A DNA stretch of 64,000 nt from Blasia pusilla (taxonomy: Eukaryota), in assembly GCA_050084515.1 (NCBI GenBank), contig CM114271.1, positions 8,804,001 to 8,868,000 on the forward strand, read 5' to 3'. This document shows, one piece after another, positions 1 to 12,385 of the stretch; position 1 is the first letter of the stretch; each line of letters starts with the position of its first letter. A program made the translations under genes and the position numbers. The notes under the pieces are model-generated. The model was given only the letters and a program-made list of their open reading frames with translations. It ran no database searches and was not told the origin of the DNA.

Positions 1-916
1 GAAGTACTTTGCTCTTTAACGAAGCGCGAAGCACAGGAAATAAGAACGAAGCATGGAGTACTTCATCCTCCTGAAGTCCAACGAAGCGAAGCTAAGAAGA
101 ATTGTGATTTCAAGAGACACATGTTAAAACAGTTAGACTAGGAAAGGGCGTGACCCTTTGTATCAAATTGGTAGTTAGGATAGTTTTGTAGTGCGGATTC
201 ACAGGGATCGTAGGAAAAGCTAAGAGAACCATAAATCTAGGTAGTTAGAAATAGTGAAGAGACACTAGCTTCATCAAGAAGGTTTCGAATCTTTGGATCA
301 CTTCCACTCCAACGAATATTTAAGAAGCAAGGCAGAAGCCATAATCATCATTCTCTTACGAAGTCCTTATGTTGTAGGAGTGGTCCGAGCAAGACAGTAG
401 TACCCTCTCGAGCTTGTATACACTTTGAAGCTTTCTCGTTCTTGATTGAGTAGTAAAGCAATCATTCATTCATTCTGATGTGCGATGCTTATGTCTGAGT
501 ATTCTTTTTGGGTCTGCAGAGTGAAGAATGAATCAGGCGAACCTTTCTAATCAGTGAAATAATGAACCTGAGTTGTAAGAAATCTGTTTGACAGAGAGTA
601 ACTTGCCGAGACGGATTGAGTTGCGAAAGTAGGAGAAGCCTGCTTTTGTGTTGAGATCTCTGTGAGGTTTCTTGATGTCGAGAGGAAAATCTACCTGAAC
701 ATGCTGTCAATTCCACTAGAGAGCATCGAGAAAAGGTCATTTGGTACTAAGAAAGATCATAAGATATTGATAAGACATTGAATATAACTCACACACCTTT
801 AAATACAACTATTACAACAGAATTGTAATTCCGAACTCTCTTTCCATCAAACCATGATCCTCTTGGGGATCGAACTTATTAAAACGACTATAAACTAGAA
901 ACACTTGTACATTACA
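1..916. mobile_element. Right part of an LTR (family ending ...TTGTACATTACA), inserted near the left terminus of the MULE
   Basis: Ends TTGTACATTACA at 916, like the LTRs ending at 10918 and 14473, and shares internal blocks with them (e.g. TTCTGATGTGCGA, TAAC(T/C)TGCC..GAC.GATT.AGTT). Confidence 0.65.
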
Positions 917-1399
917 AGAGGAAGAGAGGAAGAGAGGAGAGTCTCTCTTAAAAAAAAAAAAGGCAGAATCCGCCTCCTCTCTTCAAAACTTTTTGACATT
1001 TTTGAAATTTTTGTTTGCTTTCAAATTCATGAAATCTTAAGAAGAGAGTAGCAAGTGGACCACATTGGGCCTAAAGTAACCTTCTTTTTCCAGGCTTGGA
1101 AAAACAAGTAGACATCATAAGACCACTACAAACATTCTTCCATCACTCTCCATGAGAGCTCAATTGTCTTCACATTACATGTCTAAGTCTACAGTAAGCC
1201 GGGCTTAGGGGTATTATTGTTGGAGGACCATCGGCAGATAATTTGACGAGAAGTAGCAATTTCATCTCAAGAAAAGGTTCAAATAAAGACTCTAACTATG
1301 GTCTCATTAGACTCCTGTGCCCTTCAAGGTTTAACTTCTCTGAAGGTGTGGTTGATATTATGGATTGTTGACTCTTCTTGCAAAAGGCATTAAATATCC

Positions 1400-1697
1400 C
1401 ATCCGATCAATACTCATCCATGAGGGGGTTTTCCACAACAGAACAAATCACTCATCACTGATGGTAGCCGAAGACTTTCATGACAACATTGGATGATGTT
1501 AGCTCATGAATGGTTGCATAAAGTATATCATGGAATGCTGTTCGTTTGACAACTTGGTTTCACCATTCTCTCAACCACTGAGAAATGTATGCATCAAGAA
1601 GAAAATGTGATCAGACTGAGAGGAAAATTGAACGAAAAGGTTGATAGCCTTCAAGAGTAAAGAGGAACTGATGCACCCATGTCCCTTCATTCAGACC
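1400..1697 (-). pseudogene. Fragment related to the N-terminal region of the MULE accessory protein
   Basis: Manual translation FLFTLEGYQPFRSIFL...LDAYISQWLREW* resembles FVWFALSGISKFRPI...FDPVISQWLREWSF at ~27840-27990. It has in-frame stops. Confidence 0.45.
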
Positions 1698-2231
1698 CTA
1701 AATGTCGGAATCCAACAGGTTGCAACTCTTGCAACCCGTCGGAATCCGATGGGTTGCATCCCTTGCAAGCAAGCACACCACAACAAAAGAAGAATCTTGA
1801 CAAGTAATTCCATTCCACCGTGCAACCCATGAGAATCCGACAGGTTGGGAATCCGACAGGTAGTAGGAATCCAACACGTCTTTGAAATACTGTGTTAGAG
1901 AAGAATGGTGTGACGATAATGGGGGAACGAGGAAAAAGTGAAGAAGCATGCCAGAATGCCTGAAAAGTTGGACTAACAGGAAAAGAGTGGGATCACTCAA
2001 GCAGCCAACTTGTCGGAATCTGAAAAGTTGCCTAAAAGGGGTGTAAAATATTGTGACAAGTTGCAACTCGTCAAAATCCGACGGGTTGCAAAATAAACAG
2101 CCTCGAGTAGATAGACCAAAAAAATCGACAAGAACGAAAAAAAATTCACCAAAATTTTACAAAAACTATCATGGTTCAAAAAAATTTGTCATTTATTACA
2201 TCCGAGGGAAGCTCAGAAATGTACATTTGAT

Positions 2232-3070
2232 ATAGTCTATGATTTCTTCAGCCTAGTCATCTATAAATTTACTCCAAACTCTCATAGGTTCTTGTACAAA
2301 TGGAATGTCTTGGGATACAAGTGGCTCCTCTGGCCGATTGTAGACGGGGATCGTAAATGTTGGGGAATTCGAGAGCCTTGCCCCCCCCCACTAGGTACAC
2401 CATAATGGTCCCATGTAACATGATTTAAGCCCCAACGCCTTCCTCGACAATAAATCTTGTATGCTCTGCAAGGTGACAGCCATCCAGTATCAATATGTGC
2501 TCCGTCCTTGGAAAGCAATAATTCCCTACTCCAAAATGCTTCAATCAAGCAGGGCCCAATAAATCTTTGAACTTACTCGTCATCGTCCGATAGCTCTTCT
2601 AGAATTACTGTCAGCTTTGCCCTCCCGATTTTTGGAATAGTAGGAAGTGACGATGGTGTCACTATCAATGGTGGTTCTGGAACTGAAGCTGTTGGCTTTG
2701 GAGGAGAGTTGTATACTCCCACTAGCCTCTTATTATCCGCCTTTGCCTCTTTGCAAAGATCAAAAAGTTCTGGCCTTCTCAAGGTAGAGAATGCTCCTAC
2801 CACTCTACCATGCGCCTCTGATACTCGCCAAGTCACCCGGCCTCGAGCAGAGCTCCATGAGTGTTTGCATCAAGGCAGGTGACTTCTCCCTTCCTCCAAG
2901 TAAGGGGGTCCCTTCCTGCATGTAAATTCCCGCGGGGGGGGGGGGGGGAGAATTGTAGAGACTATCTAAGCTATACGCATCAGAGCATGGATCCACTGGA
3001 TTGGGGATCTGGAACACCTGGAAGTTGTGCTCGGGCCTTACAAAGTAGTAGACAAATGAGTGGTCCATCC
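2232..3070 (-). pseudogene. 3' exons of the N4C/N6A methyltransferase-like accessory gene (copy 1)
   Basis: DHSFVYYFVRPEH...GGREKSPALMQTLMELCSRPGDL...EAKADNKRL...ILEELSDDDE, then a GT intron, then a last exon ending FIDD*AEEIID. It is collinear with 25148-25978. Confidence 0.65.
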
Positions 3071-5518
3071 GTGAACAAGCAAGTGGAAAATAATGTCAGC
3101 AAAAAAAAAAAGCTAGTAGACTGCTGGTCTACTCTCAATATACTGACACAATGTGCAACCCGTTGGGATCTGACGGGTTGCTCATTTGGCTAGGCAGAGG
3201 AGCAACTTGTCGCAGTCCAACGGGTTGCTTTTCAACCCGTCCTACTAGTCCATAGTCCGAACTTAGCCTATAGGCCTGATAGAACAGCAACATGTTGGAG
3301 TCCGACGGGTTATTTTACAACTCTAAGTGGATTCTTTGACGGGTTACAAGGTCTACCTTGGATTGGACACTTTCCACCATACGGAAAAACTGCCCTCACG
3401 GTTTGCACGGTTCATTGGACAAGAGAAATTGATGCAAGATCCCCCCGCAACTCGGTTACCTCCAAAAGGGAAAGCGAGGTGAGGTGCCTTTCCAACCCGT
3501 CACCGTCCCCAACGGGTTGCCATAGGAAATCCATATGAGGTCTCGTGGATCCCGACTCCAATCTAATAGGTCGCAACCCGCAAGGGATACCTATTGAAAA
3601 CCTATTGTTTGGTAGGTGAGATTGTCTAATGGAATGGATTCAATCCTGTTGCAACCTGTCAGAGTCCGATGGGTTGCAAATTTTGGGACTCAGACACATG
3701 GGTTGCAAAGCCACAGAGTATCGTCTTCCGAGAGCAACTTGCAACCCGTCAGAGTCCGTTGGGTTGAACGAAGTTATCAATAGGTATCCCTTGCGGGTTG
3801 CAACCTGTGAGGTTGGAGTCGGGATCCACGAGAATAACCAATCTCACCTACCAAACAATATCTTGTCACTCATATTCTGCCAGGAGAATAACGGTCACTG
3901 TTCTCATTCTCATTCCCATTCTTATTCTTATTCTTATTCTCATTCTCCACCCGGTGGAATAATCTGGGAATGGATAATTATGTGAAACTCACTTGTGGTA
4001 GTCATCTTGCGGCCCTTCCTCAATCAGAAATAATTCGACCGCAAGCTCGTGAGTCTTACATACCAATGGATGAAATTTTCCTCTCAGTGCGATTTCTTCT
4101 CCAAATTGGAACAATCTTTGTTTCCAAGGATGTTAGGATGGACGATACGGAGGAGGTTGTACGTGAGACAATCTAGCTAGTGATAGCAGACTGTAAAGTA
4201 TGGAATCTTCTACCTCTGGAAAATGGTCAATAGAGAGTTTATGGCTCGCCTCTGAATTCCTCTGTTTCCCAAGTAGACAGTCCGGAATTTCCTAGTGCAC
4301 CGAGCTCTATGTTTGCTACTCCCAGCTCAGTAGATCCGGCATCGACTCCAACTTCACACGTTCATAACAATGTTGTACTTCCTGAAGATATTTCGGATGT
4401 TGTCAACCTCAGTGGATGTGTCGGACACCAACTGGGCCCTGTGTGTGCCTACTCATTCCTCTTGCGAGTATCAGGCAATAGTTTGTTGTCGCCTCTGCCC
4501 TTTAAAATGTTCAAGCATATTCTTGTCGACGAGCTACTGCCCACGTACGATGGTACTTGCATTTTTTAGTTGCCTCCACTTGTTGGTCCTACTCACAAGA
4601 AAGATGGAGGACGCTTGAAGGGTATGGACAAAAAGTCTGATTGTCATCGATGGTGCAAGCTTCTACGGACTAGTGCTTCAATTCCAGATGGTCCTTGGAT
4701 TATTTCTCGCCTCCAATGCGTTGGAGCCCTGGAGTGTGGAAGTCCAGGCTTCCCGTATCTAGAGCGAAATGGGCCAGTCAATATTCGCAATTCCCCCCAA
4801 AGAATGCAGAAAATCCATGAGGTCAATGCGACCATACCACTTGGAGGCCATCGATGTCCTCATTGTCAGGCATCCCCTTTCTGCGTTGGAGCGTGTCCTG
4901 CATACATATTTTTCATTGTGCACGACTTCAGTTCTACGTCCGAGTACACCAAGCTGGCAGTTCATGTTGGCTCCCACATTCATCCTGTTACCGGTGCAAT
5001 TCAGAGACACATCAAGGAGGATATGGCAAAGAAAGTGGCCGAGGTATCTAGAAACTCTCCGAGATCAAAGTCCAGAGTGATCAAGTTAACAACAGCATCA
5101 CAAATTTGTGCACAACTGCTTGGAATCTTTGGGCAAGGCGATATCACGGCTGCTGAGGAGAAACAACTATGGGAAAATCTAGCATATCTCGCTGATCCTG
5201 AATGCTTCCAGAATTTGGTGCGTCAAATACGAATACTTAATGGAAAGACAGCCGAAATGGATGTCATTGCTAGAATCAAGGCCAACTCCAGATTTCCATT
5301 TATATAGAGATGGCACTTCATGGGCCAGGGAGGCGAAGGATCCAGGGCTTATGTCTTCAAAATGTCAACTACAAGGCCGTCAAGTGGCCTCAATCTTATA
5401 GATCGAATGCCGGAAGGGGAAAATCTTTACGGCAGCTGGGTAAGCTTTGATATTTGCTACAGAGTGTTGAATGGATGGTTGACCATGGGTGCTCACGTTT
5501 ACGACCATGTGGAGAAGG

Positions 5519-6185
5519 GGAGGAGCGGTAAGAGGAGAGGAAGAGAGGAGAGAGGAGAGAGGAAGATATTGGCAACCCCTAGGGCTCTTTTGGTTTAAAG
5601 AGAGTTTTCGACAAGTTGGAGAGAGGAAAGTTTTGACAATTTGAAAAGGCAAATTTTTTCCAAAAAAAATTGGTGGTGAGAAAAAATTTTGAAAATTTTT
5701 TCCTAATTTTTTTTACCTTTTCAACCCGTCAAAATCCAACGGGTTGCAATTTTTTTTGGTTTTTTTAATGGTTGAGGAAAAAAATTCATTTTTTGGGGTT
5801 TTTTTAACGTTTGGAACTCGTCGGACTCTAACCGGTTGCTTTTGAGGCCAAAAAGCAACCTATTAGAGTGCGACGGGTCGCCATGATGCCTAGAAAGCAA
5901 TCCATCGAAGTCCGACGGGTTTCTAATGTTAAAAAAACCCAAAAAAATGAAATTTTTTCCTTGACCAAAAAGAAAAGAAAAGAAACCAAAAAATTGCAAC
6001 CCATCGGATTCTGACGGGTTGCACTAAGTTTCCTCTCTTCAAAAAAATCTCCAAAAAAATTACTCACTTATTATCCATAATCTTCATATTTTTTGAAGAG
6101 AGTTTCAGTTTTTTTTTCCTTTTGTGCCTTTTTTTTTAAGAGAGACTCTCCTCTCTTCCTCTCTCTTGCTAGAATACTAGCCCCC
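5519..6185 (-). mobile_element. Non-autonomous MULE derivative inserted in the transposase gene
   Basis: 9-bp TSD with one mismatch: TGGAGAAGG (5510-5518) / TAGAGAAGG (6186-6194). Removing it restores the frame HVEKG-LKTLFVCEVKAED. It carries the 27-bp palindromes. Confidence 0.85.
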
Positions 6186-6764
6186 TAGAGAAGGGACTCA
6201 AAACTTTATTTGTCTGTGAGGTAAAAGCAGAAGACGTTGGCAGTTTGAAGATGTGTTGGTTACTCTTATTGGAGGTGGTGAAAGAAAACAAAAGGCCACC
6301 TCCGGAAATTTATGGACTCATGGCGGACAATGCACAACCTGGGTGGATTGCTATGAGGGAAGTGTTCTGGGGGGGAGAGGTTCAACCAGAGAGGGGAAAG
6401 GTCGGATGCTTTCTATTGGCAATTGTCTGTGACCCGATACACCAAATCTTGCATCAAGGAGAATAAGAGGACAGAGCATGTCACTCTACTCCAACGCTGC
6501 AAGGACATCAAAACCTTGAAACAGGCCATGGAGTGCCAAGAAGAACTTCATGGATGGTGGAGGAAGCATGCAATTGAGGGGAAGTACAAAAAGTTGTGCT
6601 CTTGGCTCAATTGGGGGACTGTAAGAATGAGACAATGGGGAAACTTCATGCGGCAGGTGAGTTCAGTATTTTATCCTTTTTAGCTCATGTTGAGAATTGT
6701 TTGAAAAGTTGCAACTCAAGTTGAGAAGCGTGGGCACTATAGGGATTTCAAACCGCAGAAACCA

Positions 6765-7640
6765 AGCAACCCGTTGGATGCAATGGGTTTCCTGAGTGTG
6801 CAACCCGTCGGAAACTGATAGGTTGCATTAAGAATATTTATGCAACCCGTCGAAACTCGACTGGTTGCATGAGTGTCACACCCGTCGGAGCACGACATGA
6901 TGCATGAGGAATGTTTGTGCAACCCGTCCGAACCCGATTGGTTGCATGAGTGTGAAACTTGTCGAGTCCCGACGGGTTGCAAGTTGCATATATACAAGGC
7001 CTGCAAATAGTTCGACTCGAATGGATTGCAAGCCGCAAGGCTACGAGTTAACTTGGTCTGCAACCCTTTGGATTCCGACAAGTTGCGTATGTCTGAAACG
7101 TGTCGGATTCCCACTAGTTGCGTCTGTATGCGACTCCTCGTATTCTGACAAGTTGCAGCTGTCTCCAAGTCCTCGCATCCAGACACGTTGCATCAGTGCA
7201 AGTTAACTGGAACCCGTCAAATTCCAATAGTTTCAAAGCTTCATGTGTGCAAGCCAACGGAATCCGACACGTTGCACAAGGATTTTCGAGACCGGACCGG
7301 TCTGCTTCTCACAACCCGTCTAATTCCGACGGGTTGCAGTAGCTGGTTCTTAGGTGCTAGGGTGTAGTAAAAGGTTACTGGGACATTCCAGGGATGTCTT
7401 TGACTTGCAATCTATTTCAAGTCAGAGGCTGGAAAATGTATGTGAGACCCGTCGGATTTTGATGACTTGCATTGGGATCTTCCAGCCCGGAGTGGCCAAA
7501 GATACTTGCAACCCGTCTGAATCCGACCGGTTGCACTAGGTGGTTCATGGGTGTTGCAACACGTCGGAAACCGACAGGTTGAAGAGTCATTCATGGGATG
7601 CCTCCGACTTGTTACCCGTCTGGTTCTGACACGTTGCTTT
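6765..7640. repeat. Dense intronic array of the 27-bp palindrome GCAACCCGTCGGA-N-TCCGACGGGTTGC
   Basis: Many degenerate copies separated by unrelated spacers. The same motif occurs at 1702-2090, 3155-3765, 5722-6022 and 9350-9378. Confidence 0.9.
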
Positions 7641-9579
7641 TTTCTTTGCTCATAGAGCTATTTTCGTTCCCTTCTCACATTGTCATCGTTGCACGGATTG
7701 AACATTCATGAAAATGCCCTCTAGCCCAACCAAGTGGAGCAGAAAGTGTTCATTCCTCCTCGAGGTCGTCACAAGCATGCCAAATAATTTCACTTGTGGA
7801 GGTATGCTAACAAGACCAGCAAGAGCAATGCTACAGTGTGCAGCATCCCATATCTTCCTCACAAAAGGCATAACAAAGGAAAGGGGCCTTCGATTTACGA
7901 GCTCTATGTCAGGGCGGCTGTGACATCTGGTGATGAGAAACTCTATGTGGAAGCCTTCAATCGGTGCGTAGCAGGAACTCCCCTCAAGCAAGATTTCCAC
8001 ATTGGTGGGGATATTCGTGGGCCTGTTTCAAGACGTCCCATACAGATGGTGGTAGAGCAGTTCGAGTGAGACTCGTGGAGACCAGATAAGTATCTCGACT
8101 TCAGGCAAGTGAAGAGGAAGCATTGAGGAACAAACCTAGTGATTGATTTGGATGAAGAAATTATGCTGCCTAGGTATTCAGAGACCCTAGATTGCTCCCA
8201 AATCCGAGATGCAGTAACTTCTCCAAAATCAAATCATGTTTTATTTCAAAAGCCCTCCGTTGCTGGAAGTTCGCAACATCCGGTCTTATGATAGTTCAAC
8301 AGTATGGGATTCTGGTCATTGAGGTGGATTGCAACCTCAAAAGGTGACATATATATCGGAGCAACCCTGGAAGTGGACTCACTTGCAGGGGAGGATCTGT
8401 TGGCATTAAGAGAGCATGCGGCACTTTCCTAAATAAGAACTGTACAAGGATTGGACAACCACTGCTTGGATTTTGGGGACTCAAAACCTTTGATCGTTTC
8501 AGGAGGACTGAGGATCAATTGAAGCACTTCTTCTGCCCAAATGAATCCTGGGCTTTCCGAAAGTCTTATTCGGCTGCCATTGGAGCTCCAGGGAATACCC
8601 CCACGATTTGCCCCATTTCCGCAGTTACGAATTGCACTCATGAGGAAGTGGACAATCTTACAAGTGCCGGTTTTAGACTTGTAGACGGAGGAACTTCAGA
8701 GCATGTTTGGATTACATTGACCTTCGCATTTCTTATTCAACCCAAGATTGATGTTAACATGTACCCGAAGAAGGTGGATGATCTCAATCCAATATTTATG
8801 TTTGAGTCTAGAAATGGGGTGAAGAGAAACAGAATGTGCAGGCCAACGGTGGAGAGAGCAAAGCAAATCGCATTAGCTTGGGAGGCAAACATGGAAATCA
8901 TTGCCACAAAAGATGTCTAGATTGGCAATGGAATAGGAAGGATATATTTGGTCAGGAACAACACTGTAAATTCAAGTGTCACATCTGTTGCTTTCCCACA
9001 TGTTCCTATGATGACTTTGTCCAAAGAGAGACAAGTAGAAAAAGGTATTTCCCTTGTAAGCACATGTACTATGTGTTGCTTGTACTTTTAAGAGAGTCGG
9101 AGGTAGGAGTAGGAATCCACCAACCAATTCTGTCCCTCAAAGAAGTGCGAAGTATTTTAAACAAACCACTTTGAGGATGCAAAATGAGGTCTTAGATTGT
9201 ACTTTCATTTTCCAGAACCTTCACTTTGAGCTTGAACTCTATTCAGCCGAGGGCAAATGAGAGATTTTTTCCTGACCTTGGATGGAAAAAGTGATTTGTT
9301 CCACATTTATGTTCCAATGATTTTTCAGTTTTTTTAATTTTGTGCAAATTGCAACCCGTCGGATTCAGATGGGTTGCCAAAATATGGAAGAGAAAAAAAA
9401 AATTTGGGAGTGCCTAAGCACTGAGAACAAAAGTGCAAAGGAATTCAAAAAAAAATTTCCTCTCTTCAACCCAACGGAAACTCTCTTCAAATCACAGAAA
9501 AATCTCTTCAAAAAAAAGTATCTCTTTGGGTTGAAGGTAGTTTCCTCTCTTCTCTCTCCTCTCTTCTTACCGCTCCTCT

Positions 9580-10918
9580 TATTGATAAAGGACTGTCTTG
9601 GACTAGTGAGAATGGTGTAAAAGAGGGAAAAGATTGGAAAATAAGTTAGAAGAAGAAGCGCGGGTGCTTCGTAAGAAAGACCGCAGTAAGAATAGTAGTG
9701 AAGACTGTCAATGAAGACAGGGGAAGGCTTCTTTGTAAAGAAGACTGAAAATAGTCTTTGCACGAAGATTGGGTACAAAGAACGAAGAGCGAAGACCCAA
9801 GAGCAAAGACTAAGAACTCTAAGAAGGAAGAGGATGAAGCAAAAGAAGTCAAAGAGTCTTTCGGAAGCGGAAAAGTGTATTAAGAATAGGGAGAGAAAGA
9901 TAGGAAATGTTTTAAAGGCAACGGAGTGAAAGAAAGTAGAAAGGAGGACTCTTTGCCGCAGCAGAAGGATAAGAATCTTCACGCAAAGATAAGAGCGCGA
10001 AGATAGGACTGGGAAGCGGAGACTGCGAAGAGCGCGAAGACTGTGAAGACTGAACCGTTGCGGTAGTTTCATAAGCCGAAATTGGAGCGGCGTAACAGTT
10101 AAGAAGGAGCGGAAATGAATCGCCAACACAACCAACCGACTTAGGAAGATGGAGGGTTGGACAATCTGAATGGAGAGAGTAGGAGTAGCAATTAGAATTC
10201 TAGATTAGAATAGGAAGATCAATCAGAGTTATAAAAGGCTATTCAAAGAGTAAATCAGAAGAAGAAGGGATCATTCCCTTATGTCTTGAATTCCCCAATA
10301 CTGTTCCGAGTATCTTGAGTTTTTCTCAGCAATCTTGATAAGTGTGTAAGAAGTTTTTTTGAGGGATGATCCAAGCTGAAGAGTCTTTTACTTTCTAAAG
10401 CTTGTAATACTTTTCTAGTTCTTTCCACTCTTTGATGCAAAAGAAGACTCTTCTCTCATTCTTTCTGATGTGCGAAATTGAATGTGGATCCTATGGGGCT
10501 ACAGTAGAGATGAGAGTTGAGTCTTGTAGTTTCAGAATTCCAGAAGATAATCAGGAACAAGCGTAGGAAAGTTGTTAGACAGTGAGTAACCTGCCATGAC
10601 AGATTTAGTTCTGAAAGTGCGGTGAGCCGCCATTCTTGAGGTCTCTTTGAGGTCTTCGTGGAGCTTTGTTATTCAAGATTCACAAGAGTTTTCATGTGCA
10701 CTTGTGAAGAGTCTTTTCCAAGAGGGAAGAAAAACCTTTTATTCTTTGGTACTTGTAAGACAGTGTCGTTGTAGTTAGTGAAGCATTTTAGTGAAGAAAG
10801 AGTTTATTCTTGATATTCTTTATAAAACCTCTCTTTACTCAGGAAATACTGATCTCTTGGGAATGAACTTTATACTTTGTGATAGAAAGAGTATCTTTTT
10901 CCTAAAGTTGTACATTAC
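9580..10918. mobile_element. LTR (same family as 13182-14473), left part missing at the MULE junction
   Basis: Collinear with 13350-14473 and ends TTGTACATTACA. It abuts the integrase fragment at 10919. Confidence 0.8.
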
Positions 10919-12356
10919 AGGTCATTTTCACCGTACTTTTTGCTCTTTGGGAGAGAGCCACATTTACCTGTAGCTTCAGCACGTGACGTAGAGGTGTTAG
11001 ATCTTGATGATGCAAATATGTGGGTACAAGCGTGTTCTCAGAGGGCGGAGATTTTTCGTAGAGTTATGCCCATGGCCTTTGAGAACTTAGCTATTTCTCA
11101 GCATAAGGATACATTGAGGTACGCGACCGTTTGTGGAGGAGGTTATCGTCTAGGGATTAGGAGGTCTCATCCTGAAGATTACGTATATTTATAGTAGGCG
11201 GCATCCACGATGCTAGATGTCACTACAGGGCGCACGATCCTACGTGTGCCCGAGGTATTACCGACCGGAGTCCTCATGTTGGAAGGGCGGGATGGTATGG
11301 TTTGGAAGGATCATGTGCCCAAGTGTGCGCCATGTCACCTTCCGAACGTGGACGGGATAGTTGATCCAAGCTTGGCAGTGGTATCTGTAGAGGTGAGGTG
11401 TATGTTGTGCGGATCTGCGAGGGATGCATCCACCATGTTGGTATGTGATGGTTGTTCTCGAGTGTGGCATATGTCATGTCTGACGCCCCCCTCTTGATGT
11501 AGTTCCCACAGGACGATGGATATGTCCGAGATGTGTATAGGGTAGTAGGTCATGTTAGGGAGATGTGATATTTTCTATCTGGAGTTAGGGGGATCCAACT
11601 GCCAACTAGGGGGGCGGTTGTGTGATCTCCATCTATATGTTTGAGTTGATTTCTGTACATGTGTGGATCTCCCCGTGTGTGGGGAAGATCGGTGTTGTGT
11701 GGTGTGGATGTGACCAACGATGTGTATGCGCACGACAGTTGTCACATCCGAGTAGTCGATAGGCCGAGATCTATCGTGGATAGGGAATAGAAGCCAGTGG
11801 ACAATCTTGAGTCTAACTTTGTCCCGAGGTGTCGGATAAGGTTGAGGATAGGTCTGTTGTGTCAGGAACATCATTTCTGACAAATTTCATGTTGAGGTCT
11901 TTCACAACCGAGTGTCTTGTTGAGAAGGTCATCCATCCTTGATAACCTGTGTGCATAGGTCATCAGGAGGATAGCTATTTTTAGGGGAAGAGCCTTTTGG
12001 CTCTTCCCAACCCTATATAAGGGAGGAAGATGGCTTTCCCAAGCCATCTTTCTCATGTTGGGCCGTTAGAGTACCTCTCTTGTCGTGTGTAAGATAGAAC
12101 CAGGGTGTTAGCGTATCGATTTCGTGAGAGCACAAGATGGACGAGGCTCGATATGCCGATGTAGATTAAGGAGTGGAGTTTTAGGCAGGGACAGCCATTT
12201 TTACTACTCTTTATTTTTGTTGTGTGATCTCCATGTATATGTATGAGTTGATTTCTGTACATGTGTGGATCTACCCGTGTGTGGGGAAGATCGGTTTTGT
12301 ATGGTGTGGATGTGACCAACGATGTATGTTGTGTAGCAATGTGTATGCGCATGACA
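10919..12356 (+). mobile_element. 3' part of a PHD-integrase Gypsy-type element (relative of 42029-51796) with a B-A-B terminal structure
   Basis: FSPYFLLFGREPHLP...TLRYATVCGGGYR integrase C-terminus. PHD finger CMLCGS..MLVCDGCSRVWHMSCLTPP..WICPRC (11398-11536). PPT AGGGGGGCGG ~11608-11617. Repeat B at 11619-11737 and 12221-12356. Confidence 0.85.
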
Positions 12357-12385
12357 AGGAAATCAACCTCTAAAGAGGGGTGAGT

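Larger units (their letters stand above)
3970..9174 (+). pseudogene. MULE/MuDR-type DDE transposase pseudogene with N-terminal zinc domain and C-terminal SWIM finger
   Basis: N-terminal CPHC...C...HVGSHIHP (WRKY/GCM1-like). Core motifs SFDICYR (D1), GLMADNA (D2) and AESVH (~7740, E). SWIM-like CCFPTCSYDDF...PCKHMYYV at 8990-9075. Intron ~6657-7656, plus stops, frameshifts and an insertion at 5519-6185. Confidence 0.8.
917..9579 (+). mobile_element. Mutator-like (MULE) DNA transposon, decayed autonomous-type element with dissimilar ends
   Basis: Contains a transposase pseudogene. Its two ends (AGAGGAAGAGAGGAGAGTCTCTCTTAAAAAA at ~920 and CTCTTCTTACCGCTCCTC at ~9578) match the two ends of the small element at 5519-6185. 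Palindrome arrays lie throughout. The extreme left tip is cut by the LTR at 1-916. Confidence 0.75.

Noticed and set aside
6765-7640. CRISPR-like look of palindromic repeats with unique spacers
   Set aside because: Spacer lengths are irregular, repeats are degenerate and intronic, there are no cas genes, and the context is a eukaryotic transposon.
9365-10135. 256-aa minus-strand ORF
   Set aside because: F/L/S-rich antisense reading of a purine-rich LTR that crosses an element junction.
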